This document shows positions 19,885 through 29,888 of a DNA stretch of 64,000 bases, piece after piece. The stretch is from Nitrospinales bacterium (GTDB lineage Bacteria > Nitrospinota > Nitrospinia > Nitrospinales > VA-1). The translations under genes were made by a program, and so were the position numbers. Position 1 is the stretch's first letter; the number at the start of each line of letters is the position of its first letter. Location of the stretch: positions 3,072,001 to 3,136,000 of the forward strand of contig CBDCXL010000002.1 in assembly GCA_965223795.1 (NCBI GenBank). The letters are read 5' to 3'. The notes beneath the pieces were generated by a model that was not told the DNA's origin, did no database searches, and saw nothing but the letters and a program-made list of their open reading frames with translations.

Positions 19885-21801
19885 CTAATTTTTATAACAA
19901 TCGGAACTGTTTTGCAATGGTAAATGGATGTACACGGTCACGCCGTGGCCGATGTTGTTTTCAAAACGGATGGTTCCTCCATGATGTTCAATGATTTTGC
20001 GCGATATGGAGAGGCCGAGCCCGGTCCCCGAAGATTTGGTGGTGAAGAACGGATTGAATATGTTGTCGAAAATCTCCTGCGGAATGCCGCCGCCGGTGTC
20101 TTCCATGCGAATGGTCACCACTTTCTGGCCCAGGATGTATTCGCCCTGGTAGGTCTCCACATTCAGATCTCCGCCTTGCGGCATCGACTCCATGGCGTTG
20201 AAGAACAGGTTGATCAAAACCTGCTTGATCTTCTGCCGGTCGAGGAGGAGCTTTGGCAGGCCGCCGGCTTTTTCCAGGTTCACCGTGATGCTTTTTCCGT
20301 AAAAGCCGGAGCGGAACAGGTAGATCGCTTCCTCGATGACGTCGTTCACCTGCACCTCCTCACGTTCGAGGACCGCGGCCTTGGAATAAAACAGGATGTT
20401 TTTCAGCAGTTTTTCGAGACGGCCGACTTCGTCGATGATGATGTTGGAGTAGGTGATGAGGTTTTTGGTTTTATTTTCCTTGTTGTCCTTTTCTGTGGAA
20501 ACGAATTTTTTAACGGTGTTCTGCAGCCGGCGGGCGAATCCGCCGATGGAGACGAGCGGATTTTTGATTTCGTGGGCGACTTCCGCGGACACTTCTCCCA
20601 GCGCGGCGAGTTTCTCCGACTGCACCAGCTGTTCTTTGGTGGAGAGCAGCTCACGGTTGGCCTCCAGCAGTTTGGTGAACAGGCGGGAATTTTCCATCGC
20701 CCAGCTTGCGTGCGTGGTGAACCGGGTCAGCAGGCGCAGCTGATCTTCGGTGATGGGTTCGTGGTTGTAGCGGTTGTCCACCAGGATCACGCCCAGCACT
20801 TCCTTGTGGGTGATGAGCGGCACCGTGGCGAAGGCGTTGACGCCGACCGCCTCGATGAACTCTTTGCTGACCAGGGGGTGCTTGCCGGCGTCGGTGATGT
20901 TGAACACTTTTTTCTGCACCACCGTTTCCGTGAGGATGTGCGCGCCCGGTTCGATGGGAAAGCTCAGACCGCGCACGAATTGATTGAAAGCGGAATTTTT
21001 ATATTCCTCCCGGTCCGCTTCGGAGATGATCCACTGCAGCATGTCTTTTTCCGTGCTGCCCCATTCGCGCCAGATGCGCGAGGCGTCTTCGGGGGAGTCC
21101 GGCCCGACCCCCATGATGCCATCGAGAGTGCCGCTGTCTTCGTTGACCGCGAACAGCATCGCCCGGTTGAAGCCGCCCGCTTCGCCCATGGTGATGCCGC
21201 TCAGGATGATCCACAGACCGTGCTCCAGCTTGAGGGAGGTCTGCACGGCCATGCTGATGTCATAAAGGATGGTCTGTTCCTTGAGCAGCATCTGGCTGGC
21301 GTTGTAGAGCATGGCGTTGCGGATGCAGCCGGAGACCTGGTTGGCGATGGTCTCCATGATCAGCACTTCCGCCGGTGAGTAATTGCGCTGTTCGAAGTTG
21401 TGCACGTTTATGACGCCGATGCACGCTTCCTTGAAGATCATGGGAACCGACAGCATGGACTGAAACCGTTCTTCCTGGATTTCCGGAAAATACACGAAGC
21501 GCGGGTCGTGAAAGGCGTCGCTCAGGGCGAGGGTTTTTTTCTCCTTGGCCACCCAGCCGGTGATGCCCTGGCCGATCTTCAGGCGGATGGACAGGGAGAC
21601 CTCCTTGGGCAGACCCTGCACGCCTTTCAGGTTGAGATACGGTTCGGTTTCGTCGGTGAGATAAATGGAACAGGCATCCATGTGCATCTGGTTTTTGATG
21701 ACTTCGATGATGCGCTCGAGGGTTTCGTCCAGGTCGAGGGTGGAGTTGGCGATGCGGGCGATTTCCTGAAGCAGTTTCAGGCCGAGCTTGTCCTCATTCA
21801 T
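19885..21801 (-). CDS. Cytoplasmic GAF-GAF sensor histidine kinase
   Basis: Two GAF domains, H-box AHEIKNPL, N box, DTGGGI, FFTTK, GTGLGL. Confidence 0.92.
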   Translation of the reverse strand: MNEDKLGLKLLQEIARIANSTLDLDETLERIIEVIKNQMHMDACSIYLTDETEPYLNLKGVQGLPKEVSLSIRLKIGQGITGWVAKEKKTLALSDAFHDPRFVYFPEIQEERFQSMLSVPMIFKEACIGVINVHNFEQRNYSPAEVLIMETIANQVSGCIRNAMLYNASQMLLKEQTILYDISMAVQTSLKLEHGLWIILSGITMGEAGGFNRAMLFAVNEDSGTLDGIMGVGPDSPEDASRIWREWGSTEKDMLQWIISEADREEYKNSAFNQFVRGLSFPIEPGAHILTETVVQKKVFNITDAGKHPLVSKEFIEAVGVNAFATVPLITHKEVLGVILVDNRYNHEPITEDQLRLLTRFTTHASWAMENSRLFTKLLEANRELLSTKEQLVQSEKLAALGEVSAEVAHEIKNPLVSIGGFARRLQNTVKKFVSTEKDNKENKTKNLITYSNIIIDEVGRLEKLLKNILFYSKAAVLEREEVQVNDVIEEAIYLFRSGFYGKSITVNLEKAGGLPKLLLDRQKIKQVLINLFFNAMESMPQGGDLNVETYQGEYILGQKVVTIRMEDTGGGIPQEIFDNIFNPFFTTKSSGTGLGLSISRKIIEHHGGTIRFENNIGHGVTVYIHLPLQNSSDCYKN

Positions 21802-21882
21802 GACGGACTCTCCATGAGAGTGCGCACCACGGCGGGATCTGCAAGGGACGGCCGTGCGGGGCAGGGAAGACGGCCGGGCGGG

Positions 21883-23343
21883 TCATTTTTCCAGAGCCTT
21901 GAAATAGAGCTGGGAATACTTGCCCGCCGTCTTGCTCCAGCTGAAGTTTTCCTCCATGCCATTCTGCACCAGCCTGTTCCAGAGAACCGGATTCTTAAAA
22001 GACGAGAGGGCTTTCTCAATGGCGTCCCAGAGCGCCGGGCCGCTGAAATCCTCGAAGCGGAAGCCGGTGCCTGCATGCGTTTTGGGATCGAATTCGGTCA
22101 CGGTGTCGCGCAATCCGCCCACGGCGTGAACGATGGGAACGGTTCCATATTTCATGGCGTACATTTGCGTCAGGCCGCAGGGTTCGTATTCGGAAGGCAT
22201 GAGCAACAGGTCGCTTCCGGCGATGAGCTTGTGAGCCAGGCCTTCATCGAAACCGATGACGGCGCCGCACTGCCCCGGGTGGTTCAGGCTCAAGGTGGAG
22301 AAAAACTGTTCGTGGCCGGGATCGCCGGTTCCCAGAAGCGCGAACGCCGCGCCCGCCTGCATGAGCCTGGGCATCGCCTTTTCGACGAGGTGGATTCCCT
22401 TTTGTTCGGAGAGCCGGGTGACCATGCAGACCACGGGGGTTGTTTCGTCCACCTTTAATGAAAATAAATCCGCCACCGACTTTTTGCAAGCGCGTTTTCC
22501 CGCCAGGTCCCCGGCGTTGTAGGTTGCGTCGAGCCAGGGGTCGGAAGCGGGGTTCCATTCTTTGTAGTCGGCGCCGTTCAAGATTCCGAACAGGTCTTTG
22601 GTTCGGTCCGTCAGGATGTGTTCCATGCCGAATCCGAATTGCTTGTCCTGAATTTCCTGGCTGTAATTCGGGCTCACGGTGGTCAGAATGTCCGAATAGA
22701 CCAGGCCGGATTTTAAAAAACTGAAATGGCCGTGGAACTCGGCTCCCTCTTTTGTGAAGCATTGCGGCGGCAGGCCGGACGGCAGGACCTCGGACGGCTT
22801 GAAATTGCCCTGGTAGCCGAGGTTGTGGATGGTGAACAGGGTGCGGGTGTCCTCAAACCAGGTGTCCTTGGCGTACAGCGTTTTGAGGTAGGCGGGCACA
22901 AGCCCGGTCTGCCAGTCGTTGACGTGGATGATGTCGGGCTTATAGCCTGAAGCTTTGCAGGATTCGAGGATGGCGCGGCAGAAAAAAGTGAACCGGTCGG
23001 CGTTGTCCGGGTAGTCTTTGCCGGCTTCCCCGTAGATGCCGTCGCGCAGGTAAAACCCGTCGTGACCGATGAGGTAGACGGGAATGCTTGTGTGGATGCG
23101 GCCTTCAAACAGAAACCCTTTGAGAGTCTTTGCACCCAGGGGCACGTCGATGTCGAGGCCTGAGGATTGGAATCCCTCTTTCGCCTGCACGGCGGATTTG
23201 TATTTGGGCATGATGACCGCGACTTCGTGTCCGAGCTGCTTGAGCGCGTCCGGCAGCGAGCCGGCGATGTCGGCGAGGCCGCCGGTTTTGGCATACGGGT
23301 GCACTTCGGATGCGGCGAGCAGGATTTTGAGTTTTCGATCCAT
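21883..23343 (-). CDS. glgA: Glycogen synthase
   Basis: KTGGLAD, TIHNLGYQG, EPCGLTQMYAMKYGT. Confidence 0.95.
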   Translation of the reverse strand: MDRKLKILLAASEVHPYAKTGGLADIAGSLPDALKQLGHEVAVIMPKYKSAVQAKEGFQSSGLDIDVPLGAKTLKGFLFEGRIHTSIPVYLIGHDGFYLRDGIYGEAGKDYPDNADRFTFFCRAILESCKASGYKPDIIHVNDWQTGLVPAYLKTLYAKDTWFEDTRTLFTIHNLGYQGNFKPSEVLPSGLPPQCFTKEGAEFHGHFSFLKSGLVYSDILTTVSPNYSQEIQDKQFGFGMEHILTDRTKDLFGILNGADYKEWNPASDPWLDATYNAGDLAGKRACKKSVADLFSLKVDETTPVVCMVTRLSEQKGIHLVEKAMPRLMQAGAAFALLGTGDPGHEQFFSTLSLNHPGQCGAVIGFDEGLAHKLIAGSDLLLMPSEYEPCGLTQMYAMKYGTVPIVHAVGGLRDTVTEFDPKTHAGTGFRFEDFSGPALWDAIEKALSSFKNPVLWNRLVQNGMEENFSWSKTAGKYSQLYFKALEK

Positions 23344-23356
23344 TCGGGGTCTGCGC

Positions 23357-24355
23357 TTAGAGTTGGACGTTCCTGAGGGTTTCGGCCGCCGCTTCGGGCA
23401 GCACGGGATTGATGTAGAAACCCGTGCCCTGCTCGAATCCTGCCATTTTGGTCAATTTGGGCATGATTTCAAAATGCCAGTGGAAGCGGTGCTCGTACTG
23501 CCCGGTCAAAGGGGCGGTGTGCAGAAAAAAATTGTAGGGCGGCGCGTCCAGGGCGATCCGCATGCGGCTTAAGGACTCTTTGAAAATCGCGGCCAGGCGC
23601 TCGAGCACTTCGGGATCGCCGCTTTCAAAATGGGCGGCGTGGAACCGGGGCAGGATCCACATCTCGAACGGAAAGCGCGGCGCGTAGGGGCACAGGCTGA
23701 TGAAGGTTTCGTTCTGGGCGACGATCCTCTGTCCGTCCCTGATCTCCTGTTCGATGAGATGACAGAAAATGCACTGCTCTTTTTCATCGAAGTGACGGGT
23801 GGCGCCGGCGATTTCCTCGTGGACCAGATCGGGGACGATGGGCAACGCGATGAGCTGGCTGTGCGTGTGTTCCAGCGTGGCCCCCGCCGCTTCGCCGTGA
23901 TTTTTGAAGATCAGCACGTACTGGAAACGGGAATCCTGTTTGAGATCGAGAATGCGCGACTGGTACGCTTTGAGACAGTCCGTGAAACCGGACAGCGAAA
24001 GCTGGTCCAGATCCAGGGCGTGTTCGGGGGATTCGACGATCACTTCGTGCGCGCCGATGCCGTTGCGTTTTTCAAACAGGCCGTCGGTGGTGGCCTGCAT
24101 GTCGCCCTCGATGCGCAGAGCGGGAAATTTGTTGGGCACCACCCGCAGACTCCAGCCGGGGCTGTTCGCGGGGGAATCGGGCGGGCGCAGCGCGAAAATT
24201 TCCGGCGGCGTGGTGGCCTCGTTGCCGGTGCAGAAAGGGCACGTCCCTTTTCGGGTTTTTTTGACGGGGCTGGGGAAATCCTGCGGCCGCTTGCTCCGCT
24301 CTGTGGAGATGATCACCCACCGGTTGACGATGGGGTCCTTTCTCAATTCGGGCAT
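23357..24355 (-). CDS. galT: Galactose-1-phosphate uridylyltransferase family protein
   Basis: ELRKDP, CPFC, VPNKFPAL, HEVIVE, GATLEHTHSQ. Confidence 0.92.
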   Translation of the reverse strand: MPELRKDPIVNRWVIISTERSKRPQDFPSPVKKTRKGTCPFCTGNEATTPPEIFALRPPDSPANSPGWSLRVVPNKFPALRIEGDMQATTDGLFEKRNGIGAHEVIVESPEHALDLDQLSLSGFTDCLKAYQSRILDLKQDSRFQYVLIFKNHGEAAGATLEHTHSQLIALPIVPDLVHEEIAGATRHFDEKEQCIFCHLIEQEIRDGQRIVAQNETFISLCPYAPRFPFEMWILPRFHAAHFESGDPEVLERLAAIFKESLSRMRIALDAPPYNFFLHTAPLTGQYEHRFHWHFEIMPKLTKMAGFEQGTGFYINPVLPEAAAETLRNVQL

Positions 24356-24617
24356 GGGGGATGGTCTCCAAGAGGGCCGGCTGAGGGTGAACGCGGGCAG
24401 AAAATTCAGAATGGCAATACTAATGAAAGGCCCCCAAAATGTCAATGCGCCAGGGAGGGGGTGGAATTTGCCCCGCGGCTGCACGGAAATGCCATTGAAA
24501 CCAATAAGATGAGGGCCTATAATCGGATTACGACTCTGAATTTTATTCTTTATTAAGACGCGCGCACGGGCATTGCGCCCATCGCGGGTCGAATTGAATC
24601 GGCCGGGAAGGTTAGCC

Positions 24618-25826
24618 ATGCCAGGATCCCTTGATGGAAAGATCATCGCTCTGGGCGTTTCCGGAGGGATCGCCGCGTACAAGGCGGCGGAGCTGCTGCG
24701 GCTTTTCACCGCGGCGGGCGCCGAGGTGTTCGTGGTGATGAGCGCCAACGCCGGGCGGTTCGTGACGCCTTTGACCTTTGAGGCGCTTTCGGGCCATCCG
24801 GTGTACCACGAGGTGTTCGACTCTCCCGATGCGCATGCGATGCGCCATATTCAGGCGGCGGAACAGGCCGACCTGCTGGTGGTCGCACCGGCGACCGCCG
24901 GAACGATCGGCAAAATGGCGGGCGGTCTGGCGGACGATGCGCTGACGAATCTGTTTGCGGCCTACCGCGGACCGGTGATCCTCGCTCCTGCCATGAACGA
25001 CGGCATGTACGCCAACCCGGCGGTGCAGGACAACATCGCGAAGATGAAAGCGCGCGGCGTTCAATTCGTGGATCCCGAACACGGGGAGCTGGCCTGCGGC
25101 TCGGTGGGGCAGGGCCGTCTCGCCGATCCGGCGCGGATCTTTCAGGCGGCGCGCAACCGGCTGCAGGCACGGCAGGATTTAAAGGGGCTCAAACTCCTGG
25201 TGACGGCGGGGCCCACCCAGGAGCCGCTGGACCCGGTGCGGTACCTGACCAATCCTTCGTCCGGCAAGATGGGATTCGCCGTCGCGGCGCAGGGCAGGGC
25301 GCGCGGGGCGGAGGTGGTGCTGATCAGCGGGCCCACCCGGCTCGATGCGCCGGACGGGGTGGAGTTGCTGCCCTGCCAGCGGGCTTCGCAAATGAAGGAG
25401 CTGGTGCTCGAGCGTTTTCCCGATTGCGACGCGCTGGTGATGGTGGCGGCGGTGGGGGATTTTGCGCCGGAGAAGATCTCCAAGGAAAAGATCAAGAAAA
25501 AAGGCACCGAACCCCTGGTGCTTCGGCTCATGCCCACTCCCGACATCCTGGGAGAAGTTGCAAAGCTCAAAAAACGTCAGGTGGTGGTCGGGTTTGCGGC
25601 GGAATCGGAAAACGTCCTTGAAAGCGCAAAGACCAAACTGCGGAACAAGGATCTGGATCTGATTGTCGCGAACGACATCAGCGCACCCGGAATCGGTTTT
25701 CGTTCCGACAGCAACCAGGTGACGATATTGAGCCGGGAAGGCGGCGTCGATGCGCACCCCCTGCTCAGCAAAACGGAAATCGCCGATGTGATTCTCGATC
25801 GCATCCGCGAACGGCTCACCGCTTGA
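24618..25826 (+). CDS. coaBC: Phosphopantothenoylcysteine decarboxylase/ligase
   Basis: GGIAAYK, PAMN, LACGSVGQGRL, TAGPTQEPLDPVRYLTNPSSGKMG, GFAAE. Confidence 0.97.
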   Translation: MPGSLDGKIIALGVSGGIAAYKAAELLRLFTAAGAEVFVVMSANAGRFVTPLTFEALSGHPVYHEVFDSPDAHAMRHIQAAEQADLLVVAPATAGTIGKMAGGLADDALTNLFAAYRGPVILAPAMNDGMYANPAVQDNIAKMKARGVQFVDPEHGELACGSVGQGRLADPARIFQAARNRLQARQDLKGLKLLVTAGPTQEPLDPVRYLTNPSSGKMGFAVAAQGRARGAEVVLISGPTRLDAPDGVELLPCQRASQMKELVLERFPDCDALVMVAAVGDFAPEKISKEKIKKKGTEPLVLRLMPTPDILGEVAKLKKRQVVVGFAAESENVLESAKTKLRNKDLDLIVANDISAPGIGFRSDSNQVTILSREGGVDAHPLLSKTEIADVILDRIRERLTA

Positions 25827-25876
25827 CCCACTTTTGACCTGCGCGTGCGCGGGTCTTCCCCACGTCTATTCCAAAT

Positions 25877-26800
25877 CTATTTCAAGATGGTGATCAGCTT
25901 TGTGCGGTTTGATATTTTGAATTTTCTGTAAATGTTTTTCAGGTGGGTGCGTATGGTGTGGATGCTGAGAAACAGTCCCTCCGCGATTTCCCGGTCGCTC
26001 AACCCGTCTATGACCAGCAAGCGGGCGATTTCCATTTCGCGTTTGGAGAGTCCGGCTTCCTGCATTCGCTGAAGACTGTCTGGAGTGAGCCGCTTCACAT
26101 TGTGGGCAATGGATCCGTTCTGTACTGTGGTGTTGCTTCCTGTCAATTCCCTCACGAGACTGACGATGGTGTCCTTTTGCCCGCCTGGCGTGCGCACGCT
26201 ATGCAGAGTGTGGCAGGTGAAGATGGTCTTTCCCTGCTTGGACAGGCAGCGGATGTCGATTGAAAAACCGTTGAGCGTTCCGGTATGGATCTGTTGGGAA
26301 AGGAAAAAATAATTCTCGATGTCCTCCGGATGGATCAGCCGATTCCAGTTGAGAGCCAGCATTTCATTGCGCGAGTAGCAAAGGATGTTGCACAGATGCT
26401 GGTTGACTTCGTTCAGTCTGTGGTCGGTGGAAGAAAATGCGATCCCCAACGGTTCCCTGAGATTGATGGTCAAGTCGGAGTTTTGTGAAACCGTCTGGTT
26501 TTTCAGCAACCGTTCGCAGATATTGACTCCAAGGTTGAGGATCTGCAATTCATCGTACTTTGAAGGAAAAAAGGTGTCGGGATTTGCTTCTTTAAAGGTT
26601 GACGGCGCCTTTGAGGGTGCGGGCGGACGAGCCTGTTTGCTTTCCGGAACGCCGAGTTTGAATTTTTTAATGTGAATCAGATCAGATTTTGCGGGGTGGT
26701 TTTTCAGATGATCCGATTTGACGGATCGAAGGTTCTGAATGGATTGCTCTGGCTGCAGGCCGATGCCTGACTGCTTTCCCCGTGATTTTGCGCCGGCCAT
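25877..26800 (-). CDS. PAS-domain LuxR-family transcription regulator (candidate curli regulator)
   Basis: PAS (VNQHLCNILCYSRNEM...IHPED); C-terminal LSKREMEIARL...GLSDREIAEGLFLSIHTIRTHLKNIYRK. Confidence 0.85.
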   Translation of the reverse strand: MAGAKSRGKQSGIGLQPEQSIQNLRSVKSDHLKNHPAKSDLIHIKKFKLGVPESKQARPPAPSKAPSTFKEANPDTFFPSKYDELQILNLGVNICERLLKNQTVSQNSDLTINLREPLGIAFSSTDHRLNEVNQHLCNILCYSRNEMLALNWNRLIHPEDIENYFFLSQQIHTGTLNGFSIDIRCLSKQGKTIFTCHTLHSVRTPGGQKDTIVSLVRELTGSNTTVQNGSIAHNVKRLTPDSLQRMQEAGLSKREMEIARLLVIDGLSDREIAEGLFLSIHTIRTHLKNIYRKFKISNRTKLITILK

Positions 26801-27607
26801 GAATGGCTCCTCGAGTTAACAACAATGTCTTTCCCGCAACTAAGGAGAAACGGGAATCTTCCGCATGGATCGACGGGGGGAGCGGAAGTCAGGATTATTG
26901 ATGACGCATTGTCTTTTCTTCATGGACGATATGGATTGCAGTCCAGAAGTGTTTTCGCGTGTTTCTCGTATTTGTGAAGATGACCTTATAGGCTAGCCGG
27001 TCATTATGCAATACCTAATTCAAGGGATATTGTCACTCTTTTAAATGATAAATGGATTGGTTCTGCTGAATTAAAATTGTGAGTCTTGTGTTGCATGGCG
27101 GGATTCATTCTTCTTATTTGGAATGCCAATATGGACCAAAATATAAAGCTGAATTCAGGAATGATCATTCCGGGCAGAAAAGAGAAAAAAGTTCTTTATA
27201 TAAAGATTGAAGGAACAGATTCGACAGAATAGAAATCGTCTCAAAAAAGCCCGGTTGATTTTCAGTGAAATTTGCATCGCTTCGAAGTGACGAAAACAAT
27301 CAATTTATGTCTCATCATACTCCCTGTGTTTTTTAAAAAATGTTACGCTTTTTGGTGTGTATCTAATCAAATTTAGGGAAGGCTTGAATCAAACACCGCA
27401 TTTTTATTTCCCTCCTTTTAAAATTTCCTCGAAATTCCATCTATAAGTTTCAAAGCGTGTCTGAATGGAGACAAAAAGGTATGCCGGAATCGGGGTAACC
27501 CTTCCAACTCCTTTGCAAATCACTACTTTTAGGTATTGTAAAAGGCATGTCCCGCGCGTAATGTTCCATCATTCCTAAAAGTATCTGTGATGCGGATTGG
27601 CTAATTT

Positions 27608-27623
27608 TGTGATCCATATCACA
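27608..27623. promoter_or_regulatory. CRP-family binding site
   Basis: Perfect TGTGA-N6-TCACA (TGTGATCCATATCACA) with AT-rich flanks, about 160 bp upstream of the first curlin gene. Confidence 0.7.
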
Positions 27624-27785
27624 TAAAAATTCAAGAAAGAAAATGTAAGTCTGAAAGCACTCTGGCCGGAAAGTTTTCAGATAGATTCACATCCATACAT
27701 TTAAGCATATGCATTCAAAAATACAGGAGACATCCGCTTTCTCGAGTTATTGGAGCGGAAACAATTAAAGAAGGGGGAGGTTTTT

Positions 27786-29726
27786 ATGGCTGGCAATTCT
27801 TCGGATTCAAAATCTCATCTTTTTCATCTCACCCTGATTCCCGTTTTTACGTTTCTTGCCTTTGCTTTTCTCATTGCCAATCCCCTGCAAAACGCCATGG
27901 CAGAGTTGGTCGAAATCCAGCAGGACGGAAGTGAAAACGCGGTCATAGTAGATACAAACCCCACATCTTCTCTTGAGGCACTTGTTTCCATCGAGCAAGT
28001 CGGTGACAGCAACTCGTTTCAACTGACACGCGAAGGCGATGGCCACATATTGGATTTGAGCCAGGTCGGGCCTGATAATTTCGGCAACTTCACACAGACC
28101 GGTTTCGCCAACATCATCCGTCTGGCGCAGGTCAGTCTTGGCGAAAACGCAGGCAATTCCGCAACGATCGAGCAGAGGGATGGCACCGGCAACGAGGCGA
28201 CGGTTGAACAAGACGGGCTTTCCAATCTTCTGGTGCTGGCCCAGGTCGGCAACGGCAATATCGGATTCGTCACTCAAAACGGTTTTGCCAATCAGACCAC
28301 CGCTTCCCAGACGGGAGACATCAATACTCTGAATATTTCACAGACCGGTCAGGAGCAAGTGGCTTCGGTGGTGCAGGATGGTTCCAGCAACAGAGCGACC
28401 GTCACACAGAACGGCGGCCCTACGAACCTGGCATCGGTTCTGCAGGTTGGACAAGGGCATGAAGCTACGGTCAATCAGGATGGCAGCAACCTGACCGCAA
28501 ATGTCACGCAAAGCGAAGGTGATTTCAATGTCGCGAATGTCACTCAGATTGGGCAGGAACATCTGGCGACGCTGCTGCAGCAGGGCACGAACAACCAGGG
28601 GACGATCACGCAACAGGGCGGTCTGACGAATGTCGCCTCGCTGGAACAGATCGGCCAGAGTCATACCGGAATTATATTCCAGGACGGCAGCAACCTGACG
28701 GCAAGCGTCACGCAGACCGGCGGCAGCTTCAATGTCGCATCCGTCGAGCAAGTGGGTGAAGACCTGCTGGCAACGATTCTGCAGGACGGCAGCGATAACA
28801 CCGGAACAGTGATCCAGAGCGGCACGTTCAACGTCGTGGCTCTCCTGGAGCAGATCGGGGACGGCAACAACGCGACCATCACCCAGAACGGTGACAACCT
28901 GGATGCGAGTGTGATTCAGAATGGCAACACAAACACCGCTGATGTGACCCAGGACGGCAGCAGCCTCACCGCAAGCGTCACGCAGACCGGAGACAGCAAT
29001 GCGGCTACGGTCAATCAGGATGGCAGCAACATCGTCGCCAGTGTGACGCAGAGCGGCAACAGCAACACGGCTACCGTGAGCCAGACGGGTGACGGACTGG
29101 ATGCCAGCATCACGCAGACGGGAGACGGCAATACCGCCGGTGTGACCCAGGATGGCAGCAGCCTCACCGCAAGCGTCACGCAGACCGGAGACGGCAATAC
29201 CGCCACCGTGGACCAGAATGGCAGCAACCTGATCGCGAGCATCGATCAGGATGGCATCGATCATGAAGCCTCCATTCTGCAAACCGGCAATGATCTGGAT
29301 GCGAGCATCGATCAGAGTGGTTCGGGGCAGACGGCTCTCATCACTCAGGATGGCAGCAATCTCAGTGCGAGCATTCTTCAGTCCGGCAGCGGAAATATCG
29401 GAGAGATCGCTCAAAACGGCAGCGACCTTGCCGCGGGAATCATTCAGCAGGGCGGATCCGGAAACGTGGGATTCATCCAGCAGGGTGGCAGCGGAAACAT
29501 TGCCAACATTTTCCAGGACGGCAGCCTGAACCAGGCGTCGATCGTCCAGTTCGACAACAACAACAACGCCACCATCAATCAGCTGGGCAACAACAACCTT
29601 GCCGGCGTCATTCAGAGCGGCGGCAACAACTCCGCAATCATCAACCAGACCGGAGGCGGACCTCCGGTCATCGTGAATCAAGCCGGCAACGGATTGTTCC
29701 CCTTGCCGATCGTTCCGGGACCCTGA
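27786..29726 (+). CDS. Giant curlin-repeat protein (CsgA/CsgB-like), acidic
   Basis: Sec signal, then about 50 11-aa units of N/L-x-A-x-V/I-x-Q-x-G; AGGGGGAGG RBS. Confidence 0.9.
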   Translation: MAGNSSDSKSHLFHLTLIPVFTFLAFAFLIANPLQNAMAELVEIQQDGSENAVIVDTNPTSSLEALVSIEQVGDSNSFQLTREGDGHILDLSQVGPDNFGNFTQTGFANIIRLAQVSLGENAGNSATIEQRDGTGNEATVEQDGLSNLLVLAQVGNGNIGFVTQNGFANQTTASQTGDINTLNISQTGQEQVASVVQDGSSNRATVTQNGGPTNLASVLQVGQGHEATVNQDGSNLTANVTQSEGDFNVANVTQIGQEHLATLLQQGTNNQGTITQQGGLTNVASLEQIGQSHTGIIFQDGSNLTASVTQTGGSFNVASVEQVGEDLLATILQDGSDNTGTVIQSGTFNVVALLEQIGDGNNATITQNGDNLDASVIQNGNTNTADVTQDGSSLTASVTQTGDSNAATVNQDGSNIVASVTQSGNSNTATVSQTGDGLDASITQTGDGNTAGVTQDGSSLTASVTQTGDGNTATVDQNGSNLIASIDQDGIDHEASILQTGNDLDASIDQSGSGQTALITQDGSNLSASILQSGSGNIGEIAQNGSDLAAGIIQQGGSGNVGFIQQGGSGNIANIFQDGSLNQASIVQFDNNNNATINQLGNNNLAGVIQSGGNNSAIINQTGGGPPVIVNQAGNGLFPLPIVPGP

Positions 29727-29888
29727 AACATTAAGGGTTCCTTAAAATAAGAAGTGCAATGAATGTTTTATCGTTCGATCAAGAAAGGAGGGTAAAAAAA
29801 CCGTTTGTTTGGAAGTGACGCAGTAACAATTAGCTTTAACGCAGTGGTTGAAAATTCTCTTTATTCACAAAGCTAAGGGAGAAAAACA

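Noticed and set aside
19924..22458. Long antisense ORFs (also 2348-3850, 36575-38860, 42791-44392, 48206-51646, 61323-62435)
   Set aside because: Opposite or out of frame to well-supported genes; typical of GC-rich codon bias
26830..26890. Two short hairpins in the LuxR-gene leader
   Set aside because: 6-7 bp stems with large loops; could be chance and match no family I recognise
27900..29700. Periodic DNA repeats as a possible CRISPR array
   Set aside because: Repeats are in-frame, degenerate at third positions and lack unique spacers; no cas genes
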